A DNA stretch of 63,110 nucleotides, counting the filler, from Octopus bimaculoides (taxonomy: Eukaryota): the NCBI RefSeq assembly GCF_001194135.2. It is 6 parts of 6 records of this genome, joined end to end, with 100 filler letters (N's around TTAATTAATTAA, not from the genome) between each part and the next. Parts side by side here need not be neighbours in the genome. Positions count along the whole stretch, not along the records: positions 1 to 31,491 come from NC_068998.1; 5 more parts are not named here. One strand, 5' to 3'. This document shows positions 1 through 14,250 of this stretch, piece by piece; within the stretch, counting starts at the first letter, position 1; each line of letters begins with the position of its first letter. The position numbers and the translations under genes are program-made. The notes under the pieces were generated by a model. The model did no database searches and was not told where the DNA came from. It saw nothing but the letters and a program-made list of their open reading frames with translations.

Positions 1-348
1 GTGAAGACACGTGGTCAAGTATTTACAATGTTGTACTTATGAATTCTAAATTGTGGTTTCAATTCCTGGACTGTGTTGTGTTCTTGAGCGAAACACTTCA
101 TCTCCCATTGCCCCAGTCCACTCAGCTGTAAATAGTTAACCCTTCGACATACAACCTTTCTGATCAGGGAGAATGCCTGGCTGCTTATCTAGCCAACTGG
201 GTTGCATCATTCGATAGCTAAGATAATGCAAAGTGCATTGTGACCAGTGATGTATAGTCTGGTTGATCTGGTAATCATGTGATATACATACATGCACACA
301 TACATACACACGTACATACAAACACACACACACATATACATACATACA

Positions 349-690
349 GGCACATGGCTCAACAGTTAGAACATTAGGCTCATGGTCATGAGGTAGTGAG
401 TTCGATTCCCAGACCAGGCTGGGTGTTGTGTTCTTGAGAAAGACACTTTATTCACCTTGCTTCATGGTTCACTCACCTGTAGAAATGAGTTGCAGTGTCA
501 CTGGTGCCAAACTGTAATGGCCATTGCTTTTCCCTTGGATAACATCGGTGGTATGGAGAGGAAAAACTGGTATGCATGGGCAACTACTGGTCCTCCACAA
601 ACAACCTTGCTTGACTTGTGCCTCAGAGGGGAAATTTTTAGGTGCAATCCCGTGGTCATTTATGACTGAAGGGGGTCTTTACTCTCTTAC
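349..690 (+). mobile_element. tRNA-derived SINE (family D)
   Basis: A-box-like TGGCTCAACAGTTAG and B-box GAGTTCGATTCC, then gttgtgttcttgagaaagacacttt; degenerate relatives at ~1-135, ~10920-11000, 13990-14250(-), ~26270-26510(-). Confidence 0.7.
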
Positions 691-698
691 CTTTTTTG

Positions 699-768
<70 letters not shown>

Positions 769-789
769 CATATATATATATAGGCTAAA

Positions 790-1900
790 CTTTTAAACTG
801 CTTTATATATTTTCTAAATTCCATTAATGGCTTGGATCTGTACATTTCTATTTTACCATGTTCTTTCTGGTTTTGTGGAACCCAGTATTTTGAAATTGAT
901 TCTTAGGTAACTAATTCCATAACCCAGTTCCCTCAAAAATTATTACCTTACACAATATAGTCCAGTTGGAATATTTGCACATTTCTTATGAATTCAACAT
1001 AGGTTTTTCCTTTATATTTTGAATAATGTCAAAGTCTCCTGGAGAAGGGATTTCTTCCACTTTGTTTCCTCTCTCCTAAATCATTGTATCCAGTCTGTTG
1101 TGTTTAGAGTTTATGAACTTTTTGACAGGAACACTCTAACAGTATCCTTTCATAGAATGAGAGACTATAACCTTCACATCATTGTAATATCATATATTTT
1201 GGTCTTCCATTGTACAAAGTTTTTTTTTCTCCATAATATCAAACTTCATAGTTGAACAGTATTGTGAGGACATTTCCAGACTGTTGCTTCTGCAGTGTCT
1301 GTCATCTTTGGTGTTAATTCCACAAAGCCTAAATCAGGTGTTTTCCTGGCATCTCTCTCCCTTTTATGCATCAGTATTTCATCAATTAAAATTATTTCCT
1401 TTTTGGTTTTCTCTCTTGGTTTTATGTTGAAGGCTTTGGAGGAAATATTTTTTTCTTGCAGAAAAAAATTGTAGAATAATTAACTTTTATATTTTTCCTG
1501 TTGAATAATTTATGAAGCTCCTTGTCTTAGTGAAAGCATTTGTTGATGAAAGAACAGGAGTTGTTTCATCATGTTGGTTATTAGATTCCTGTTGCACGGT
1601 GGATTGAACCAGATCATCTTTTTTTTTTTTTTTGCTCTCTCTGAAGAAGGCTTTTGTAGTTGTTTGTAGAGTGTGATTATATGCTATTGCGTTTAGAAAT
1701 GGCTATGGGCAAATGCTTGACTGTACTTTATATTCTTCCTGTGAGAAATTGTTTTATTAACGGGGTGATTACTTATGTGTTTATTTCTATAGATGTTTAC
1801 TTAGCACCATTTTGTGGAAGATTGGTTTCTGATTTATATATAGATAAGATATTGGTTCTAGCTTTTATACTCAATTCATAGGAATGTGGTAAGCGTCATC
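790..1900 (-). mobile_element. Decayed Penelope-like retroelement ORF (RT thumb/linker running into GIY-YIG), Neptune-like
   Basis: Minus-strand translation, with stops and frameshifts, gives SNHP, KMIWFNPPC..TNMMK and LHKLFNRKNIKVNYS, then a degenerate K.T..SH.WNL; these resemble the PLE IWFNPP / KIFNRNTVKVSYSC linker. May extend to ~2500. Confidence 0.65.
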
Positions 1901-2803
1901 GTTTGATTCAGAAGTTGGCATACATCAAGCTGGTTTTGATTGGCATTTAAGGGGTGAAAAGTTTAGAAGATGCATTAGACTTTTCCATGAGTGTCTTGGT
2001 TGTATGCAAACTCCAACTCCTGAAAACCATTATGCTCTCCTCTCTGTTCACTCTGATGCTCTATTATTTATCTATTCTACTTCAACAAGGAGAAATAAAC
2101 TTACACGATCTCTATATTGTTGTGACAAAACGCAGAAATGTGGAATGTTTATCCGTATTAATCCCAAACTTCTTTCATACAGCAATACATTTCACATCCA
2201 TAAAATCAAACAACCTACACACCGTAGTACACTCTAAACATAATCTCATTTAACAACAATGTGATACTGATGTTGCTAAATATAACTCTGTTGCAATGTT
2301 GTTGTTTTCTTGTATTGGTCAATACTTTTATCATAATCTGATTTCTGTGAATTGTCTTTCGATTAGGCATTGGCTGTATTAGTCTCTTATCTGGTGTTGC
2401 TAAATATCATTGGATTGATGTCTGATCATTCTATTGGTTTTAGTGGTCAACTCATTGTTTATGTTAGCTAGGTTAATGTGGCCTCTAGTTTTTCTGTGTT
2501 TTCATTGTGGCTACAATTCTGCAGCTAGTTTATCTTAAATAAATATTTACAATCCAAACCAGTATTTAAAATAAGTAATCATAATGATGTTGTTTGCTTG
2601 TGTTGTACAATGGGAATATTTGAACCATTTATGTACAATAGGCTATATTTATATTTTTCTCTTTTAGGCTCCAAATGTACAGCAATAAAGATGTTGCATC
2701 ATCTCTGTAGATATTGTGGAACAAGTGTACATGTTAAATATACCTGGATTTGAATCTTGCTCCAGCATAGTAATTATTGTCATCTTTTCATTTTTCAGTA
2801 ATA

Positions 2804-3153
2804 CACCATTTTGAGTGTGGCCGTTGCCAGTACCGCCTGACTGGCCTTCGTAGGATTTTTGAGCGAGATCGTTGCCAGTGCCCCTGGACTGGCTCTTGTG
2901 CAGGTGGCACATAAAATGCACCATTTTGAGCGTGGCCGTTGCCAGTACCGCCTGACTGGCCTTCGTGCGGGTGACACGTAAAAGCACCCACTACACTCCC
3001 TGAGTGGTTGGCGTTAGAAAGGGCATCCAGCTGTAGAAACTCTGCCAAATCAGATTGGAGCCTGGTGTAGCCATCTGGTTTCACCAGTCCTCAGTCAAAT
3101 CGTCCAATCCATGCTAGCATGGAAAGTGGACGTTAAACGATGATGATGATGAT
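2804..3153 (+). mobile_element. Family C non-autonomous retroelement with tandem 5' modules and (GAT)n tail
   Basis: Repeated ~65-nt modules (caccattttgagtgtggccgttgccagtaccgcctgactggcc), core gagtggttggcgttagaaagggcatccagctgtagaaac, tail catggaaagtggacgttaaacgatgatgatgat; same family at 9921, 11172, 33830, 45565. Confidence 0.8.
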
Positions 3154-3744
3154 TGCTAAAAGCTTATTTTTCTAAAGTAATTTCAATTTAAAAGTTCCAC
3201 TTGTTATCAGTTGTGTGTAGTACATTCATCAAAATTTGGTTATTTAAAACCAAGGTGCAAATATTTTTTTTTTTTTTAGCACAGCTCGCTTTTCCATTGT
3301 TTGTACTTAATACCTTATGTGTGATCATGAAGTATTTTGTGATTAGCTTTGAAGGATTTTTGCCACATTTCTGACTATATTTAGATTGAAACGCAGGTTA
3401 TTCACTTATCTATAAAAATAATGTTTTCCTGTGATTAGGTTTAGTATAATGACTCCAGATTTATGATGAGAATATTGATTTACATAATTATTTTGCAGTT
3501 GAAGTCCTACAGAGACATTGTATTTTTAGATTCTGATTTCATGTGGTTGAATATATTCCTCCATTTCACTAGTATGTACTGTTCTCCTACTTTTCATGTC
3601 TCCATTTCATCATTGGCTCACTAAATTGGTATAGTAACACATCCAGCATTGACTCACTCAGTTGCTTAAAGAACAAAATATTAACAATTTACCTGGTTTG
3701 GCATAGAGAAATTCTATCTGTCAACTGGGAAATCCTAAACCTTG

Positions 3745-4030
3745 ATAACAAAAATAGTGGAGCTTGCAAAGGCATTTAATACTATCAGCCATGAATATAA
3801 CACTGTTGCACTCAAATATGTCCTTCCGATTCTATGGAAATTCTCTCTGGATGAAGAAAGAAAGCAAAACTCATATAAATGCTGCTTTGGCTTGTAGGAT
3901 GTTATGATGGGCTGAAGACCTATCAAGAAGTATGATTAATCAGGTTATAATAAGCAGTCAAGACATACAACCATTCCAAAACAATCATTTACATTGTGTA
4001 AATAAAGGAACCGGAATAATGAGGAAAAGA
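3745..4030 (+). mobile_element. Highly decayed LINE reverse-transcriptase fragment
   Basis: Translation ELAKAFNTISHE resembles the non-LTR RT motif DLxKAFDxxxH; the rest is degenerate. Confidence 0.35.
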
Positions 4031-4084
4031 ATTCTGTTCAAAAAACTGTACAGATATATGTGTGTATGTATGTATGTACAGTCA

Positions 4085-4253
4085 TTTGAGCACCACCTTA
4101 CAGGACTTATTCTTTGTAAGTCTAGTACTTATTTTATTGACTTCTTTTACTAAATCACTAGGTTACAAGGACATAAACATACCAACATTGGTTGTCAAGC
4201 GATGATGGGGAAAAAACACACAAACGTAGAGACACACAAAGATACATACATAT

Positions 4254-4294
<41 letters not shown>
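4085..4294 (-). mobile_element. SINE family A, 3' half (runs into gap)
   Basis: ggacttattctttgtaagtctagtacttatt...ggttgtcaagcgatg matches the other family A copies. Confidence 0.75.
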
Positions 4295-4712
4295 NNNNNN
4301 NNNNNNNNNNNNNNNNNNNNNNNNNNNNNNNNNNNNNNNNNNNNNNNNNNNNNNNNNNNNNNNNNNNNNNNNNNNNNNNNNNNNNNNNNNNNNNNNNNNN
4401 NNNNNNNNNNNNNNNNNNNNNNNNNNNNNNNNNNNNNNNNNNNNNNNNNNNNNNNNNNNNNNNNNNNNNNNNNNNNNNNNNNNNNNNNNNNNNNNNNNNN
4501 NNNNNNNNNNNNNNNNNNNNNNNNNNNNNNNNNNNNNNNNNNNNNNNNNNNNNNNNNNNNNNNNNNNNNNNNNNNNNNNNNNNNNNNNNNNNNNNNNNNN
4601 NNNNNNNNNNNNNNNNNNNNNNNNNNNNAATGACTGAAACATGTACAAGATAAAAGAGATAAACTTATATATATATATATATATAAAATTGACCCCAGGA
4701 CTTATTCTCTGA

Positions 4713-4744
<32 letters not shown>

Positions 4745-4747
<3 letters not shown>

Positions 4748-4925
4748 CCATGATAAATCGCTAACCACTACACACACATTTTTTCTCTCCTTGCTTCTTT
4801 CTGTGGAAGAGCGTGGGCTGGAAACGTTAAAGACTTTCTCAAATCCTGAGCGTTATACTAATACATCAATTTGCTTTCTACACCACCTGTCTTCGTCTGT
4901 TGTTTTTTTTTTTGTGAATTCTCCG
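4745..4925 (+). mobile_element. Small element with a hammerhead-like motif (HHR family 3), embedded in (TA)n
   Basis: 4796-4833: tcttt CTGTGGA a gagc-gtgg-gctg GAAAC GTT aaaga = stem I tcttt/aaaga, stem II gagc/gctg, palindromic ACGT stem III; core A6 replaced by T; (TA)n on both sides. Confidence 0.45.
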
Positions 4926-4966
4926 TATATATATATATATATATATATATACATACATATATATAC

Positions 4967-5151
4967 ATAAGGCAGTGCTGAAAAGTTCCTGGAGGATCAC
5001 TTAACAAGGATTTTATCCAATATATTCCCCTCTCAGATTCAAATGCTTATTGCAGAGGCCCTACAGGATTTCTAAGCCTTGTTAAAGAACTCGGAAGTTT
5101 GGGCCTTTTGTGATACCCTTAAAGCCAGGAACTTTTCAACACTTCCTCGTA
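4967..5151. mobile_element. Mariner-type MITE (~185 bp)
   Basis: TIRs taaggcagtgctgaaaagttcctgg / ccaggaacttttcaacacttcctcgta; a related TIR remnant at ~30310-30345. Confidence 0.75.
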
Positions 5152-5849
5152 AATGCAAATACATATGAATTGTTTTCTGCACACGTATGACATGTTAAAA
5201 GAATCAAAGGAGAAACGATGTTATGGATGTGAAACTAGATATGTGCTATGTACTAGCTGACTATTTTATCGATTACACCAAAGTGCCCCTGAACAACCTA
5301 ACACTTGAAAATTAGTACTTATAAACGCCTTACCGGATAGGCTAACATCGTTTACCTCCACTGATCTCTCAAGAGAATTTGCTTTCCTTGTGTTTGTGTA
5401 TGTGTATATATGTATATATGTGTATATGAATGTATATGTGTACTTGTGAATAGAATTATTATTGCTATTATTCTACACATAACACAATTTCCTATTTTCC
5501 AAAAACAATCTAAAACTATTCAATAAATATAAAAGTTATAGAAATACAATTTTTCCTAAACTGGTTTTAGCTTTTTAACTGTAATATATTTTTACTGTAT
5601 TTTTTTTTTTTTTACATCTAATATAGAATAAAAACAGAAAGAAACGGATGTAAAACGAGGATGGTGATGATGATGATACTAATATCATATTATATTTTAT
5701 TCTATGATATATTTTATATTATATTCTTTATATTATAATACATTTTATATTTTATGGGTTATTCATTTATTCTTCATCTGATCTAAGGGATATATGGTTT
5801 TATGTTGTTTTGCTTTCTTCTTGGTGTTACAACCGCTTCTGATTTCTTA

Positions 5850-7420
<1,571 letters not shown>

Positions 7421-7676
7421 AAGCAATCAAAATGGCAAAACAAAAAAAACATTAAGAAAATAATTAAATGAATATGAAAATAAAATAAACCTTCTATTAT
7501 CTTGATCTAATACTTGGCCTTAGGATTTCTGTCAACTTCACCGTCAACATCACATTATCAGATTAGAAAAAAAACATTTGCTCAAAAACGTGTCATCGAT
7601 CATACAGCGATACAAGATTAACAACAGAATTAAATTTGTTTAGGGAAATATATACATACATATATATACATATTTA

Positions 7677-7736
<60 letters not shown>

Positions 7737-8145
7737 AGTCTGTGTTTAAGTGTATTTCTACAGATTTTCTATAGAATTTAGTGTCCACATTGAAAGTTAT
7801 GATGTTTCATATACGAATGTGTCTATGTGAACAAGGCTGTCAATGATAGAAATATAGGTGATTGGTGTGTATATACACATTTCAGGAGTTATTGCTATTT
7901 CTTCAGCTCCACATTCAACCCATTAACTATTCACAAATACTTAAATAGCCACTAAGTTTAGCAGTGTAACACAATTTGACAGGCCAATTTACATATTAAA
8001 CACATCCCTAGATAGTGTCAGGTACTGATATATGTATACCACGCTGCCTTGTCTACAGTATATATATATATACATATATATATATATCCACTGTGACAAG
8101 GCAGCGTGGCATTTGATATATATATATATATACATACATACATGC

Positions 8146-8176
<31 letters not shown>

Positions 8177-8207
8177 CATATATATATATATATTTATTAA
8201 TAATTAA

Positions 8208-8753
8208 GGGTGTTACAAGCAGCAGCAGCATGCTAAAAATAGCAGTCAGAAGATGACTACAACCACAAATTTTCGCTGATACAGATTAATTGAAATCGAG
8301 GGAATGAGCAGAAATTCTAAGCCCCATTACCAAAAGCGAAAAGAATTGTAAATTGAAAAGCCAGACATATCCGTATTGCCATGATTTTGAACTTTGTGAA
8401 AATATCACTTAGTTATCCTCAGCAAGTCTTACTGATCCTGGGTAATAGAAACTGTCATCTCAACAATGTGTGCAATGACCGTTTTTAATGCTGCTGCATT
8501 ATGCATCACATGCAGGAAGATCGTTGAGATGGGCAGTTTCTATGACCTTCGGTCAGTAAAACTCACTTAGGATACTAAATGACATTTTCAAAAAGTTAGT
8601 CTTTTCAATTTACGATTCTTTTCATTATTGGTACAGGAGCTGAGATTTTATGCTTATTCCCCTGATTTCAATTAATGTGTATTAGTGAAAATTTGTGATT
8701 GGAGTCGTTTTCTGACTGCTCTTTTTAGCGTGCTGGTACTACTTGTTGAACCC
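8208..8753. mobile_element. Fold-back MITE, 546 bp, TTAA-flanked, GGG...CCC termini (Kolobok-like)
   Basis: Left arm 8208-~8465 is the imperfect reverse complement of right arm ~8520-8753 (e.g. atagaaactgtcatctcaac / gttgagatgggcagtttctat); TTAA at 8204-8207 and 8754-8757; RR..YY termini with TTAA fit Kolobok rather than piggyBac. Confidence 0.7.
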
Positions 8754-8939
8754 TTAATTATTAATTAATTACTGTTTACCGTTACAGTATTACCTTTATG
8801 GTTTTTTTTTATGCATGCTATGCCACTTGATATGTGACTCTAAACAATAATATCCTTACACACACACACACACACACACATACACACACACACACACACA
8901 CATACACACACACACACACACACATATATATATCTTTTA

Positions 8940-9306
8940 ACTTTTACCTGTTTCAGTCATTTGACTGCGGCCATGCTGGGGCATAGCCTTGAATTTTTAG
9001 TCAGATGAATTGACCCCAGTACTTATTTTCTTAAGCCTGGTACTTATTCTATTGGTCACTTTTGCTAAACCACTAAGTTAAGAGGACGCTGGTTGTCAAG
9101 CAGACATAAAATACGCATAAACATAGATATATATACATATATATACGACAGGCTTCTTTCAGTTTCTCTCTACCAAATCCACTCACATGGCTTTGGTCAG
9201 CCCGAGGCTATAGTAGAAGACATTTGCCCAAGGTGCCACAAAGTGGGACTGAACCTGGGATCATGTCGTTGGGAAGCAAGCTTCTTACCACACACCATTT
9301 CCCTGC
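8940..9306 (-). mobile_element. SINE family A, near full length
   Basis: tRNA-like head (tgtgtggtaagaagcttgcttccc...ggttcagtccca), CORE-like ccttgggcaaatgtctt, internal (TA) tract, 3' tail gactgaaacaggtaaaag; resembles the octopus OR/OK-type SINEs, exact family not assignable. Confidence 0.85.
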
Positions 9307-9673
9307 ATCATAAGATCTAGTTGTGTTTCGACAGGTGATATGTAAATATTGTCTCCATAAGTTCACATTATCAGCTTCAAGAACATCCCCTGTCTGCCAT
9401 GGTCTGAATTTATTGGTAGTCACTGTTGGTGAAGTGCCATTTACAAACTGCTTTGAACGTGTAAATGTAGTGAGATGGTGATTCTGCTACTGTTAAAGGG
9501 CTTACCATTTTAAAAGCACCGGCATTCGATTTCTTTGTATTGTAAATTTGTTCTTCGTGGTTGGTTACTACTGGATAGAACAAGGTAAATCTGAAGTTGG
9601 ATGAGCTTTATACTGTATTCTAATATGTTGTTAACAAAGTATACCATAACTATACATATATGTATATATATTA

Positions 9674-9734
<61 letters not shown>

Positions 9735-9920
9735 CACACACACACACACATACACATATGTATGTGTATGTATATACACACACATATATGTATATATGTA
9801 TATATATGTGCATGTATATATATGTGCGTGTGTATATATATATATGTGTGTGTGTGTGTACAAAATATATATACATCAACATCAAAATGAAATGGAATCA
9901 AATGGAAATTGTAGTTGTGA

Positions 9921-10313
9921 TCCCCGTGCCAGTGGCCTGTAAAAAGCATCATCCAAACGTGGTCGATGCCAGCCCCCTTGCTCCGACAGGCTTTATATGC
10001 CAGTGGCATGTAAAAAGTACCATCCGGATGTGGCTGATGCCAGCACCACCTTGACTGGCTCCTCTGTAGGTGGCACGTAAAAAGCATCATCCAATCATGG
10101 TCAATGCCAGCCCCCTCTGGCCCCTGTGCCGGTGGAACATAAAAAGCACCCACTACACTCTCAGAGTGGTTGGCATTAGGAAGGGCATCCAGCTGTAGAA
10201 AACTTGCCAGATCAGACTGGTGCTTGGTGCAGCCTCCTGGCTTTCCAGACCCCAGTCGAACCATCCAATTTATGCCAGCATGGAAAATGGACGTTAAACG
10301 ATGATGATGATGA
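9921..10313 (+). mobile_element. Family C element
   Basis: About 3 tandem 5' modules, aggaagggcatccagctgtagaaa core, acgttaaacgatgatgatga tail. Confidence 0.8.
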
Positions 10314-11171
10314 AAATGTATGTATATATATATATATATAATGTATGTATGTACATTTATGTATGTATGTTTGTGTGTATATATGTTTGTATGTATGTAT
10401 TTATGATAATTTTACGAGCTACATAGACATGAAAATACTGAATATGCTTTTGTATTTCCTTTGTGATATATGATTGTTATAGAATAAGATAAAGAAAATT
10501 ACACACCTCTATCAGCATTTTGCTCAATCATTCTTCTGGACAACTGTACACAAGAGCAGATTTCAGAGAAATGATAGATAAATGCTGAATGGGTTAAACT
10601 GCCTTAGGACACTCTAAATGGAGTATATATATATATATATATATNNNNNNNNNNNNNNNNNNNNNNNNNNNNNNNNNNNNNNNNNNNNNNNNNNNNNNNT
10701 GTGTGCGAGTATGTTTATATATGGTTGTTTATATGTGTGTATATATTTATATATATATATATGTATGTATGCATGCATGTATAGCTGCAGGCTAATATAA
10801 TTTGATTTTGTTTTATTATTAGAATGTACTTGGAAATGGCATGGACTTTCTCTGCAAGACATAAGCTGCAACACAATAACCTAATTGTAAACACTGATAA
10901 TTTAGAAAGTATTGCCTGTAAGGCAGTGGTCTAGTGGTTAGGTTGAGCTCACAATCATAATGTAGTAGTTTTGATTTTGGGATCATATGACGTGTGTGTG
11001 TGTGTGAGTATTCTCCTTCTCCTTCCTTGTCCTACATAGGTAACCAAGTATTTTTTTCTATAGTAAGACAACTTAGTCTAACAGCTATCCTGGCAAGCAG
11101 CCACTTCTCTCAGTTTCATTTCCTCCCTCTGTCAACTAAGTTGTTCATCTTGCAAGTTGCTTGGTGACACA

Positions 11172-11390
11172 GCTGGTGCCGGTGCCATGTAAAAAACACC
11201 AGTGCCGATGCTATGTGAAAAGCATCCAGTACATTCTGTAGAGTGGTCAGCATTAAGAAGAGCATCCAGTGATAGAAACCACGCCAAAACAGACAAATTG
11301 AACCTGGTGTAGCTCTCTGGTTTGCCAGCTCCATGGTAGCATGGAAAATGGACGTTAAAATAATGATGATGATGATGGTAATGATGGTGA
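11172..11390 (+). mobile_element. Family C element, 5'-truncated
   Basis: gcatccagtgatagaaac core and catggaaaatggacgttaaaataatgatgatg tail. Confidence 0.7.
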
Positions 11391-12423
11391 TATATAACTT
11401 TAGAGTCACACAAATGTAATCAATCTAGCAATTTCAAAACCTTATGCAAGTCCCTTTTTGTACTTAGAAGATAAAAAGACCCACAAAGCAAAGGATAGAT
11501 ACATCTCCAGCAACATCAGTTAATTGAAATGTTTCCAAAATACAAAATTACAGTTAGAAATGTATCTTGCCTTTGAAGGGAAACTGTTGAAAGTAACTGA
11601 CATGTTTCAATCTTGTCTCATCAATGACACTTTTTCACTTCAGCTGAGTTGATTTAGAAGTGAGCAATAGTACGAAAAAATACAAGGAAATCAAAGATGC
11701 ATATTATGGGACTTAACATCTTGCTGAGTTTGACTTGGTTCTTCATCTTTCCAGAGTTAATAAAATAAAGTAATAGAGATAGTTTAATCAGATATACCCT
11801 CTTCCAGAGTCGAGGCCATGTTCATATGTTAGAAATCAATAATGTAAGTGTGTGATAAACATTCCCGTCTAAGAGATAATCCTTCGGAAAATAGTTAAAT
11901 TTTCTCCTTCTTCATGTCAACAGTCACTGCATTCCAAAGATAAGTGGTTCCATGCCAAATGAAGAAAACAAAATTAAATGTAAATAATGTGTGTGTATGT
12001 GTGTGTGTGTGTGTGTGTGTGAATATATATATTTGTCCATCTGATTGTCCATATATATATATATATCATCTCATGTATCTGTGTATCTGTCTGTGTGTGT
12101 GTGTATATATATATACATATATAGAGAGAAAGAGAGAGGTAGATAGACAAATGGTTAGATAAATAGATGCATATGCATATTTGTACATATCCATGGGTGA
12201 AATTCAAATCACCAGCGATGCAATTATAACACGCGCGCACCCCACCCCACGCCACAAATGCCTGCATGCAAACACATGCACACAAACACACACATGCGCA
12301 CACAGACATATATACAAATACATTAATACAATATGTAGAGATAATCATATGTATGCGTGTATGTATATATATATATATATATACACACACACAGATATAT
12401 ATATGTATACACACACACGGATA

Positions 12424-12478
<55 letters not shown>

Positions 12479-13154
12479 ATGTTTATCTCTCTCTCTCTCT
12501 CTATACACACACACACACATATATATACACATATATCTCAACATGTGTACACATACACTCAAGCACAAATATGCATAATATATACACACAACATTAAAGA
12601 GATACTCAAACAGCTAGAGCTAGCAAGAAAGATGTACAGATGTGTATGTGTGTTTATGTGTGTGTTTGTTTGTGTTTATGTGTTTGTGTGTGCATGGCTC
12701 TTGCATGCATTATGCATGCAGAGTGTTGTCCTTGTTATTAACTACTAATAATTCGTGGCATGCGATTAAGAAACATTACATTTGAAGTGAAAACAATTTC
12801 CTTTGCTTCTTTCAGCATTGCAGATGATGACAACTTAACGACATTCTTTCATATTTGTTGCTATTTTGATAGAAATTTGACATAAATGTTTGAGAAATTA
12901 ATGTCTTTTAGACAGGATTTACGGACGATTTCTTCCTCATTAGCATCTGATTAAGCAACGCAGTTTACTGAGTTTGAAAGCCACCGCAACTGGATGGATT
13001 ATATTTTCTCATTTGTTACCAGTGATTCTACAAGCAGTTCTTACATCCATATTATCAGACTGCTTTCTTTCAATTGGAATTTACAATTTTCTCCTCGTTT
13101 TAGGAAGTCCTTCTTTCTTTATTAATTATTGATTATTTACACACGTATATAGCA

Positions 13155-13316
13155 AGATAAGTAGATAGAGAGAATGATAGATAGAGAGAATGATAGATAG
13201 AGAGAATGATAGATAGAGAGAATGATAGATAGAGAGAATGATAGATAGAGAGAATGATAGATAGAGAGAATGATAGATAGATAAATAGATAGATAAATGA
13301 TAGATAGATAGAATTA

Positions 13317-13364
<48 letters not shown>

Positions 13365-13385
13365 TAGATAGATAGAATGATAGAT
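13155..13385. repeat. 16-bp minisatellite (gatagatagagagaat)n grading into (GATA)n/(GACA)n
   Basis: About 7 direct copies visible at ~13161-13280. Confidence 0.9.
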
Positions 13386-13752
13386 AACTTTCTTTTATTA
13401 GCCACACAGGGCTGCACAGAGAGGGGACAAATACAACTGTAGAGCTTTTCTTTAAANNNNNNNNNNNNNNNNNNNNNNNNNNNNNNNNNNNNNNNNNNNN
13501 NNNNNNNNNNNNNNNNNNNNNNNNNNNNNNNNNNNNNNNNNNNNNNNNNNNNNNNNNNNNNNNNNNNNNNNNNNNNNNNNNNNNNNNNNNNNNNNNNNNN
13601 NNNNNNNNNNNNNNNNNNNNNNNNNNNNNNNNNNNNNNNNNNNNNNNNNNNNNNNNNNNNNNNNNNNNNNNNNNNNNNNNNNNNNNNNNNNNNNNNNNNN
13701 NNNNNNNNNNNNNNNNNNNNNNNNNNNNNNNNNNNNNNNNNNNNNNNNNNNN

Positions 13753-13807
<55 letters not shown>

Positions 13808-13989
13808 GGCAGACTGTCCAGGATGCCAGCTTGCCCAAGTGTTTACCAGGACCTCTCCTCCTTTTGCCTTGTTGTAACCAAAATGCTATTCCGAATGAGA
13901 TAACCCTCTGTCAGACAATATAGTTCTATCCCCATTGGGTTCATGTCCCAAAGACAAAGTTTCACATCAGGGCATGGTTGGAAAGAAAA

Positions 13990-14250
13990 ATGATCAAGCA
14001 TCAAAGGTCCTTCCTAAGCCATACTTTCATAAGGTCAGTTTTCTGGATTCTGTGGTGTATATAATTTCCCCTGGATGTGATGCTGGTCCATTGTAGGATT
14101 GCTCACTTTTTGCCAGCTTGGTAGACTTGAGCAATGTGAAAGGAAATGCTTTGTTCAAGTAAACAATGCATTGCCCAGTCCAGGAATCGAAACCACAATC
14201 TTATGATCATGAATGCAACACCCAAACCCCTAAATCATGCACCTCCACGG
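13990..14250 (-). mobile_element. tRNA-derived SINE (family D-like)
   Basis: Reverse complement of ccaggaatcgaaaccacaatcttatgatcatgaatgcaacaccc gives a tRNA-like head with a B box. Confidence 0.55.
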
